DNA of 64,000 nucleotides. It comes from Gnetum montanum (lineage: Eukaryota > Plantae > Gnetophyta). Made by a program: the position numbers and the translations under genes. Positions 1 to 9,812 of this stretch are shown in pieces. Position 1 is the first letter of the stretch. Each line of letters begins with the position of its first letter. The notes under the pieces are model-generated. The model searched no databases, was not told the DNA's origin, and saw only the letters and a program-made list of their open reading frames with translations. The DNA lies in contig MNCI01001288.1 in NCBI GenBank assembly GCA_015680685.1, positions 1 to 64,000 on the forward strand. The letters run 5' to 3'.

Positions 1-1413
1 CACATCCCTAGAAGTAAGAATACCATTGCTGATGCACTTTCCACACTAGCCTTAAACATGACGCCTAAAATGTTTCATGCATTGCCTAGTTCTATAAACA
101 GTTGTGCCGAACCTATAATTAACACTCTAAATGAAGTACCTATAGCATCTGTTAGTACAACACATGTAATAGAATGGTATGATGACGTAAAAGAGTACCT
201 TCTAAAAGGCGAACCTCCACAACACTTGACAAATGCTCAAAAGGATGCCGTACGAAAACGTTCCCACCAATACACATTAATAGGTAACACTTTGTGTCGT
301 AAATCATATCAAGGTATTTTGCTAACGTGCGTTAGTAGCACTGATGGTCAAACGATTGTAGAACAAATCCACGAAGGACTTTGTGGAGGGCACATGGCAC
401 CTAAAGTAATGGCAACAAAGATTAGGCATTTAGGCTATTACTAGCCACACATGGAATACGATTGCATCTCCAAAGTTAGAACATGTGACATCTGCCAAAA
501 GCATGGTAATCTGATACATGTGCCACCTAATGAATTGCATATTGCACAAATCACGTGGCCATTCCAAAAATGGGGTTTAGACTTAATTGGACCAATAACT
601 CCATCATCTTCAATAGGCCATAGCTTCATTATCACTGCAACTGAATATTTGACAAAAAGGGTGGAAGCTATTCCTCTTAGAAAGACCACATCAAAACATG
701 TTTGCACCTTTATAATGGAAAATATTATAATCCATTTTGGTATTCCAATGACCATTGTTATCGACAATGGACCACAATTCAGCAGCACAGATACCAAAAG
801 CTTTTGTGAAATTCTGGGCATCAAACATGTGTTTTCATCACCTTACTACCCACAGAGCAACGGTCAAGTGGAGGCTACAAATAAAACTATCATCATGGTG
901 CTCAAAAAGATGCTGAATCAGAGCAAGAAATGATGGCATGAACAATTAGTCTACGCATTGTGAGCTTATAGAATGACACATCGAACATCCACAGGTAAAA
1001 CTCCATATAGTCTTGTATACAGATCTGAAGCTGTTTTACCTTTAGAATTGCAGGTTCCCTCATTGCGGATAACTCTCTCCAGTCTCCTTGATGAAAGTTA
1101 AAACAATGAATTGTGCATTGCTGACCTCGACAAAGTAGAGGAGGAATGTATATGGACTCTTGATCAAATTGAATGGTACCAGAAATAGCAGAGACAAAGG
1201 CACAAGCACGATCTCCACAAACGCCTGATCAAAGAAGGAGATCTAGTCCTTAAGGCCGTCCGAGAACATCCAAATAAATTCTCAGCCAACTGGGAAGGGC
1301 CTTATTTAGTCATCAAGGCATACAATAATGGAGCATTTAAACTTGCTGATATGGACGGAAACGAGTTCGCCGATCCTACCAACCACTTGTACTTGAAGAA
1401 GTACTACGTCTGA
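1..1413 (+). pseudogene. pol C-terminus: RNase H end, integrase zinc finger, rve core and C-terminal GP(Y/F) region
   Basis: One frame (+1) with in-frame stops, e.g. at 442, 931 and 961. Motifs IHEGLCGGH..CDICQKH, WGLDLIGP, IDNGPQF, YPQSNGQVE, NWEGPY; ends LKKYYV*. Confidence 0.95.
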
Positions 1414-1431
1414 CAAACTTGAGGTACGTCG

Positions 1432-1653
1432 TAGTCCTGGATCATGACTTAAAACTGATACCACAAAATAGTCCTGGATCATGATTTAAAACTGATACCA
1501 TAGAATAGTCCTGGATCATGACTTAAAACTGATACCATAGAACAGTCCTGGATCATGACTTAAAACTGATACCATAGAGTAGTCCTGGATCATGACTTAA
1601 AACTGGTACCACAGAATAGTCCTAGATCATGACTTGAAACTGATACCACAGAG
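1432..1653 (+). repeat. Tandem array, 6 x 37 bp (TAGTCCTGGATCATGACTTAAAACTGATACCATAGAA)
   Basis: Units start at 1432, 1469, 1506, 1543, 1580 and 1617, just after the pol stop. Confidence 0.95.
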
Positions 1654-1870
1654 TTTTGTTTGGTATGACACTAAACTGCTACATTCGTCCACCATGACAT
1701 GAAACTAGCATTCAGAGTCCACTAAGACTATAAACTAGTTTGCCTCTTCATAGTCCGCTATGACTATAAACTAGCAATGCACCATCTGCTACAACGCTAA
1801 ACTAGCACCATCCAAGGGGTTATGACATGAAACTAACCCACGATAGTCCGCTAAGACTATAAACTGGTGA
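1654..1870 (+). repeat. Degenerate continuation of the array: about 7 copies of an ATGAC-N3-AAACT core with unrelated spacers
   Basis: Cores near 1664, 1694, 1724, 1760, 1791, 1822 and 1853 (period about 30-36 bp). Confidence 0.8.
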
Positions 1871-2992
1871 CATCATCGATGTCCAGGAAAAACTTGAAAA
1901 GCTCTATTGTTGCAATTGGTTGTTCCTATTCCACAGAGACTTGTTGCATGATTCATCCCATGGGGCCTAATGAAACTGATGCTGTTCATGATTCTGTTTG
2001 CTTTGAAAGTTGCACATGGTGACTCCATCTCCTTATTTAAAGTGTTTAGCTGACTGTTTCATTTGTGGTTTTCTTGTCTTCTTGGAGTTGTTTTTGCAGG
2101 ATGACACTTCTGAGGCATTCATGCATAGATGCACTTCATCATGATGATAAGGTATCACATTTTTCCTGACACATGCGACTGGTTTAATCAATCAATTCAT
2201 AAGTACATTCCTGACTCCCGATGCATCCCCTATCTCCCTATCATGCTCCCCTTAGCCTATTCAATTACACTCCCCTGATACATTCTGCTCACCTCGAAAC
2301 TCTTGATACACTATTGCACATTGTAACTCTCTAAGCAGTTGCAACGCAAAATATGATACACAATACATGATGCAAAATGCAAGTGTTCATACACAAGCAC
2401 AGCAAAAAAAGCAAGCTCTTTCAAAAAAAAAGAAAAAAAAAGAGAACAAACAAAAAGGTCAAAAAGCAAAATGCACAGAAAAGGTCTTCATGACCCCATT
2501 GATATCATAAACAAAAGACTATTGGCCATTCTCATACAAGCCCTAGGCGAGAAGACAATTGTCTTGAAAAATAGTTACACTTGTGTCTCAAAGAGACCAT
2601 GTTACACATCATTATGTGGCTTTGGCTGTTTACAACGGGCCCCGCAAATACTCTATAAGAGTCCCGTTTCTCCAAAGAACGCACTTCCTATGTTTTGGCT
2701 CCAAGTCTGCTGAACATTAGCTATGGACGAGGACCAAAATACAGCTCATTTGCATGAGAGCACTCATCTCCCACAAATCCCAGCAGTAATCATAGCCCTT
2801 AACCTCCTAGCTTCCCTGGTTATAACAAATCCCTTGCATCTTGAACCACATTCCCTCAATCCCATGTACTTTTTGAAAATGGTGCTATAATATCTAGCCA
2901 AAGGCTAATGGTTAATGTTTGGTGCTTTGTTGCTCATAGTGTTTTGCACTTCTTTGTCGACGCCTCTCCGATAGATTCCTCCAAACGTCAAC

Positions 2993-3001
2993 AAAGAGGG
3001 G
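2993..3001 (+). other. Polypurine tract
   Basis: AAAGAGGGG followed by CCAA and TG at 3006. Confidence 0.7.
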
Positions 3002-3100
3002 CCAATGAAATACCACTAATTTCAGCCTAGCACTTTGAATTGAAAATGACTCAAGCCCTTTCAAGCATTCGGAAAATTATCCAGATCATACACAGGGGAT

Positions 3101-3416
3101 CACTACGCACTGGTGCAAGAAGAGGAGTTTATTAGGAATCTTAAAGGCCCCAAGGACATGAAGGATTTTTTTGTTTTATGCTGTGTTTTCAAGAAAAATG
3201 GATTCCATGTAAAAGATGATGGGGACGTGAGCAAACCAATTCCAGATTGCATTCTTGCTTTGGTCAGCAATAGCGTGACTGCTGAGGATTACTCCAAAGA
3301 AAGCTTATCTCCTAATAAAGATGATTGTGCTGAGACAAAGCCAACGTTGATAATAGAAACACCTAAAAGTATCAAAGATGTTTAAGAAGATATGTTCTCC
3401 CTAGAAGAATGGTAGG
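3101..3416 (+). pseudogene. Captured fragment of a NAC transcription factor (end of subdomain D, subdomain E and start of the C-terminal region)
   Basis: HYALVQEEEF...KDFFVLCCVFKKNG matches NAC D-x-FVLCRVFKKNG; the C for R is TGT, consistent with CGT deamination. Confidence 0.75.
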
Positions 3417-3673
3417 AAATCTGCATTTGCAAGTCCTCATTCTCCTTCGTCTTTACGCTGAGCAGGTTCTGGAGCTTGCCGATCTTGGGAACCAGAAACG
3501 CAGAAATGTCCAGCTTCCTCTTGTTCTGCTCTTACAGCATTAGAGCTCTGTGCCTGGCCACCATTTTCGAGATCTCAGCCAAGCCCAACCACGTTTCCAC
3601 GTCCTGCTAAAATGCGTGCAACACCCGAAGGCGCAAGGCAGGTGAAGCATGCGTCAATGTCGCAGAGAGTCAC
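3412..3673 (-). pseudogene. Captured fragment of a type I (M-gamma-like) MADS-box gene, antisense
   Basis: Minus strand reads TLCDIDACFTCLAP (MADS domain end), then after one frameshift DVETWLGLAEISKMVARHRALML*EQNKRKLDISAFLVPKIGKLQNLLSVKTKENEDLQM, resembling the AGL80/PHE1-type EVWP..V..F..EQ.KK....FL...I.K.....KEN region. Confidence 0.75.
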
Positions 3674-4204
3674 GCATGCCTAGATCCAAATTCCAGAAGC
3701 CTGTGCATGGTTGACGGAGGTTTTCGAAGGTGCGGTAGTAGAGAGAGAGACTGTCTATATTCATGCATGTGCATGAGATGATGTAAAGACAAAAGAATCA
3801 TCAAGCCAGGCGAGTTCGAAGGAGCCACTACCTTGCGTGATGGCGTATATCAGTAGCTTCTTTTGGCAGGCCGTGCCTGTACAAATCATTTTCACAGATA
3901 AAAATGACAAGCACATGAGCAAGTTTACTGACACGTGTGAGAATGCGGAACAAAGCTTGCAGGGCTCCTCCATAGGCTATGAAATGTTCCGACTCGCTGT
4001 TGCAGGAGCTATAGTTCCAGATTTTGTTCGAGGCAGTCACAGGCGAGTTTCAGCAACAGAAAACCAATGTGCCTGTACCCAGTGGCAGAGATTTCTCAAT
4101 GGTGGCAATTGCTGGAGCAAGCAGACACCATCAGCACCAAAAATGGATGCCCTTTTCTATGCATCATAGACATTGCCAAAGCCAAGGGTTCCCTAGTGAA
4201 TGTT

Positions 4205-4622
4205 GAGTCGGGGGTGTCGGAGGCAGAGCAACGGTGCGGTCGAAGTTGGCAGCCGGCCCAGCTTGTAAAGCAACAATCATGGTCGAGCGATAGCAAGGTG
4301 CAATGGTAGCTACGTAAGAGTAAGAACTTGACTGATGAGGACCTGGACGAGCTCCGTGGATGTATCGACCTTGGCTTCGGCTTCGACCTCCGTAAACAGC
4401 ATCCTGATTGCCACCTCTACGACATCCTCCCTGCCCTCGACCTCTACTATGCCGTCAACCACCACTTCTTCAACAATAGCTTCAATTTCAATTCCAATCC
4501 CAATCTAAAGTTCTCCGGCACCACCGTCGCCGTTGACAACGAGAGCTCCTCCTCCTGCTGCGGTTGCCCTGATGACTCTGACAATTCCACTTCCCCCCGT
4601 ATCGCGGATCATCTCCAGCCTA
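4205..4622 (+). pseudogene. Captured fragment of a DUF1685 family gene
   Basis: LVKQQSWSSD..W*LRKSKNLTDEDLDELRGCIDLGFGF...LYDILPALDLYYAVN in one frame with a single stop at 4307; RIISS (cf. WRISSPG) after a frameshift. Confidence 0.9.
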
Positions 4623-5272
4623 GATTATTCTAGGTTCCTGGCATTCATGGGTGCAAGGGTGTTCCAGGCCACAATGATGTTGGCTGCTACTGAGCTGATG
4701 AAAATAATCCTGGTCTCCGTAGATCCCGCTGCATCGTGGCATCATGCATTGCGCAGGGTTTGGAGTAGCTCTGTCAGCGGTTGCATCTGAGACAGTGCTT
4801 GCTCTGTCTTTCTCTGGGACACACTCTTCGCCAACGACATATGTAACCATGCCAAATTTTTGGAATTGGTTTAGACATCGATTTAGGATTTAAAATTTAT
4901 GAATGTTCATAGTTCAGAAAACTGGGACGTTGAATTTATTTTAATCAAAACAGAGATTTTATTAGTGGGAGATGTTGAAATTATACATACATGTAATCTT
5001 TCAAGCGGGCCGGAACCGGAGCTAATCTTCCTAAGATTTCTTTAAATTTTTATCGTTGGAGGGATTGTTTTTCTAATTTGTTTATATCTTCATGGGCTTG
5101 AATGACCCACAAATTGTAAAATACATTGAATCTGGTCAAAGAAGGCAAATTGCCAACACACATCCAACTCGTGCCAACTATTCATGGGACACATGTCACT
5201 AGATCTATTTTCCTCTTATCTCCCAACCATTGATTCCATTCTTGAAAACCATAGCCAAACCCTAGCCCAACC

Positions 5273-5281
5273 CTATAAATA
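5273..5281 (+). promoter_or_regulatory. LTR TATA box
   Basis: CTATAAATA followed by a purine-rich R-like region. Confidence 0.6.
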
Positions 5282-8200
5282 CCCTATCAGTTCACATAAA
5301 CAAGAGGGTAGCAAGAGAGAAGGCAAGGAGGAAAGGAGAAGAAGAAGGAGATTGGAGGAGGCAAAGATTGGAGAGATTGACAATTTTGAAGTAAGACAGA
5401 ACTTGCAATCCTTGGGCGCTTGGCAAATATGATTGTTGGCTTCCAAATATTTTCTCACATTCATCCCATTTCATCGTTACATCATCGTGTCATATAATTC
5501 TGGGGCTAGGTGTTTGACTTGCCATCCACACATGTGCAACTATGCTTTGACCGGTGCATATTCCTGTTTGAACAATACAATACAGTCTCATTATTGCCTC
5601 CCATTTACATTTGTTTAGTTCTGTTTATGCTTTACAAATATAACTTTGTTTATGCTTTATTCTTAATTTAGTACGCTTTATTTACATTTCGTATCGTTGT
5701 TTACATTCTGTTTACATCCTGTTTATGATAACCCCAGCGCTAGCCGTAGCTTACGCTCAGGGAAGTCCTTGGTTGATTTGTGTGCAAACCATCCAAGGCA
5801 CTCTACCTTCGTTTACTTTTCCAGCTTGCCCTCGGGTGAAGGCAGGGTCAGCTGTGGCTGCCCGACGATCTCTCGGTGTCTTTTTCCTTTCTAGCCTTAC
5901 ACCGACAATTTAGGTTAGTACACTTTGGTTGACATGTGTGAACATGTATTTGCTTGTGTTTGGTATAGGCCTAACTTTACTTTTCTATTTTTTTAGGTTT
6001 GTAATTGATAACATTAGTTTTGTATTAGTTTCTTGGATATCATTTTGGATTGTTAGTGGTCCAATGTCTTGATGTAATTTTTGGATATTATATTATTTTA
6101 TATCATTGTTATAATAATGTTTTGAATATTGCGTATAATTTTGGCTTGAGTATTAGGAGCAATGAATTGTTATTTCTTAGTGAACATGTTAGGTTTCCTA
6201 TGCAAGGGCTATTGATATTGCACTTTTATATTTAACCTTTTTCTAATTTTTGTGCTCCTTTGCACCTATTATTCGGATACCTACTACTTTGTTTATTAAT
6301 TTTTTTTGCCATCCTAACCATTTTTATTATGTTATGATTTACTTTTCTAAGTAATACCTTTCTAACCTAAGTTTAGATCAGGAGGTGCTACAATGCCATA
6401 CTCTTCCAAGCTCAGGACATGGAGACCATTGACAAAAGATACATCAGATAACCTCAAGGATAGGAATTTGTAGATTTGGTCCAATGTAATCACATTGCCT
6501 CCTATGAACCAACCATCCTTGGACATACAAAAGAATGACTAGCATCAGAATCAAAACTAAAAAGCTTAAAATCGTACTTTCTACATTTAATAGAATGTTG
6601 GGTTGCATGTCCACTGGCTAGTCAATGAGAGTGTATATACGACCCTAGGTCCTAGGACTTGCACCACTAGTCAGATTATCTTTTGACTTGCCACCTTATT
6701 GGGAACCACCATTGCTTGAATGCTACAGAGAACTAGACCTCTTATGATCCTATTGGCCATAAATAAAATAGTTGGGGCACTCCCTTTTGAGATGTCCAAC
6801 CTTTGCATAAATGAAGCAAGATGAAGGACCATGAATGGTTCCACCACCTATAGAATGTTGTTGCTTGAAAATTTTCTAGTGAGAATGTGTTCCATTGTGT
6901 CTCTAGTTAGGATTTATCATCTTCATGTTGTATACCTTGGAGTCTATGTGGTCCATGTGGCTAGGTTCATTTTTGTGCACCAAAAAACATTGAAAAAATA
7001 ATGTGAAAATTAAGTGTGTAAAAACAAAGTAGTGGGTAGTTCATGTGTTTAATATCTTGTTGTGTTGATAACATTGTGGAAGTAAAGATGCTCAAGTGGT
7101 TTTAGTGGCATTTATGACCATTCGTTGTGGAGAGGTGGAGTGCTCATTCATGAGCCTCAATGATTAGTGGAGTGATGGCCTTCATTGCCCAATCCCTTTA
7201 ACTTGTATAAATTGGTGCTCCATTTTGTTGCTAGAGCTAAGAGAGGCATAATTCTTTTGAAATTTTTGTGTGTTTTTCATCTCCATTGTTGTGTTGAAGT
7301 TCCATTAAGTTCAATTCGCTAGTCCTCTTTCTCACATTCTCATAATGAAAAGTTTATAATGTTGAAGATCCTCATAGTTGCTCACATTCTCACACTTTAG
7401 TTCTCATTCTTAGATTGAAGTTTACAACTCCTCATCCAACTCACATTCTTTCTATTTCCTCTCATTTTCTCAATTATCTTAACACACTTACATAAATTTC
7501 TCACATTTCTTAGTATCAAGTGTTTTAGGGGTTTTTGCAAGTTTGAATGATTTTAGTTGATTAATGAAGTGTTTTGGTATTTTCCTTTAATTTAAGCCTC
7601 AATGATCATGTTTAGAGGCCATATGATTTGTTTTCATACTTGTTAGGAAGGTTGAAGTCTATATCTATGTCTAGATCTAAGTCAAAATTTCTCATTTGCA
7701 CTATTCTATGTTTTTCTACAATCCCATGACCTCACCATGACTTCACCATGATCCATGATGAATGCATTTTAAAAGTTTTTGTAGGTCACAACTTGTGGTT
7801 AGATATTTTGTAGACCATAACTCATGACTTTCTTTTAATTTATCATTTTGATCACCACGACTCATAAATGACCTATGATCTATATTTGAAGTATAAGAAA
7901 GGTACAAGAGATTTAGAATGGCTATCACGACTTGACCATAACTCATGATCAACTCATGGTTTACACAATGGATTTTTCTTTTGTTTTACAAGATTACAAC
8001 CTGTGAAAAAACAATACGATCACATCATGACCTAATCACAACCTATGGTCAAACACCATGACCTATGGTGAAATTCAACAACTCATGATTTAACATCATG
8101 ATTGAGCTTTGACTCATGGTAATGCTCGTGGTTCAAAAATTTGTAAAATTTGAGGTTGAAAGTTCAAAGATAGAAAAATCTTGAGGATCTTATTCCATTG

Positions 8201-8697
8201 CACAACTCTAACATTATTGACTATTCCTACTAAACTTGGTTCACTTAGGCCCACTTGACTTGCCCTTAAAAGGATGAATTCTCTTTTGAAAACAATCATG
8301 ACATGCTACCTTGACTTGTTGATTGCACTCTAGATTCACTGTATGAACATGAACATTTTCATACATCTTTAGGTAATGAGGAAGCATGTGTTTATTAATG
8401 AAAATGTATACTCCATAGATGAAGCACTTAGTTCAAGCCACATCATTTTTCTAAATATGAGGTACATACATATTCAACTTAGATAATTTGGTATCATACT
8501 TTGGAATGATCTTGGATGGGTTTAGGATTCATGACCAGCTTGCTATGCCTAACATTTGCATTCTTGCCTACCCAACATCCTCATCTATCACCTGCTGTTG
8601 CTAAACATAAACTACAGTCCATCAAAGTGTTGACAAATCTACATTTTGACATCAAGTTGTAACAGCTTTTCACCTAACCTAAGAAAGAGAACATTAT

Positions 8698-9678
8698 TGA
8701 TGAATTGTGGTTTGTCAGGTGCTTATATCAGACCCTTGATATCAAACCCTTGTTAACTAGGTGCTGATATCAGACCCTTATTAACTAGGTGCTGATATTA
8801 GACCCTTATTAACTAGGTGCTGATATTGGACCTCTGTTATCAAACCCTTGATTTTTGATTAGTCTTGATATCGAACCCCCGATATCGAACCCTCGATATT
8901 GGGTATCGCGGCCTGGCTAGTGATATTAGATACGCGATATCGTGGTTTCTGTGTGAGCCTATAAATACAAAATTGGGTGCATGGGAAAGTCATAGAAAGT
9001 TAGTGTTAGAGTAGGATATTTTTGTTAGTTTTTCCTCTCAACCCTTTCCCCAGTGCATGCCCACAGTGTGATGATTGTAATTGTATAGAACCTTTATTCG
9101 AGTGTGACCTACTTGGACATGCACATGATCGACAATAAAGATCGAGATTACTTCATCATTGCAGCATTCACTTAGTTTTAATTGTTATTTATTACTTTCT
9201 TAATTAATATTTCTCTACCCTCATCTCTTATCCCTATTATTACATGCAAAATGAGTACGACTAAATCACGAGCTTATAAGTGTGACTACTTGGTATCCCA
9301 GTAGTGTACCTAGGACATGCGGTTGGTAATCTCAGTAGTAGTACATGAGGTCCAAAATGTGTACGGATGATTAAGGACGGATGCTCATCGCACTTAGGCT
9401 AGCTTAGATTCTCTTCCCCCATTCTCTCTTAGCTTAATTAAAGTTATTTTCCATTGCCTCTAGGAGTAGCACTAGTTTAGGACCACATCATACACCTCAC
9501 TTTGGACTAAACCATACATGACAAAGCAAATACTAGTCCAGGTGGGAAGACAACGAACTGCGATCAACGAGTAACTATCTAGATACCACAACTAGTCCGT
9601 TTGCAAAATTCAACCAGATCGTGCATGAACACTCGTATTCGTATGGTTGAGTGTAGGGGTACCTCCTCCACAACATCA
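8698..9678 (+). repeat. E1 5' LTR (981 bp)
   Basis: Direct repeat of 14041-14928; GATATC cluster then CTATAAATA near 8959. Confidence 0.95.
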
Positions 9679-9679
9679 T

Positions 9680-9697
9680 TGGCGTCGTTGCCAGGGA
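9680..9697 (+). other. Primer binding site, tRNA-Asp type
   Basis: TGGCGTCGTTGCCAGGGA versus the Athila PBS TGGCGCCGTTGCCGGGGA. Confidence 0.85.
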
Positions 9698-9812
9698 TGT
9701 TGCTAGTTATTTAGATTAGTTATACCATACAAGATCATTGTAACAAAGTATTAACGACATATCTTTCAGACAAAGAAATTAAATTCAATTAAGTCACACA
9801 CAATTCACAATA

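Larger units (their letters stand above)
1..5907 (+). mobile_element. 3' portion of a Ty3/Gypsy LTR retrotransposon, Tat/Ogre lineage (5' part outside the window)
   Basis: C-terminal end of an RNase H (HIPRSKNTIADALSTLA) directly before integrase, as for the additional RNase H of Tat elements. Long 3' UTR with tandem repeats, PPT at 2993-3001, then a TG...CA-bounded LTR-like segment 3006-5907. Confidence 0.85.
3006..5907 (+). repeat. Putative 3' LTR (~2.9 kb)
   Basis: Starts TG 4 nt after the PPT, has a TATA box at 5273, ends ...CACCGACA. The partner LTR is outside the window, so the boundaries are unconfirmed. Confidence 0.65.

Noticed and set aside
1432-1870. CRISPR array
   Set aside because: Eukaryotic retrotransposon context, no cas genes, first six units lack unique spacers and the later conserved core is only 13 bp.
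4328-4633. Functional DUF1685 gene
   Set aside because: The ORF starts at TTG after an in-frame stop, frameshifts before the C-terminal motif, lacks the last exon and lies within an LTR-like segment.
5908-8697. Assignment of this region (and 14934-16357, 36070-38300, 41360-42750) to a TE family
   Set aside because: Looks like old repeat sequence, but I could not find paired ends, TSDs or convincing protein motifs.
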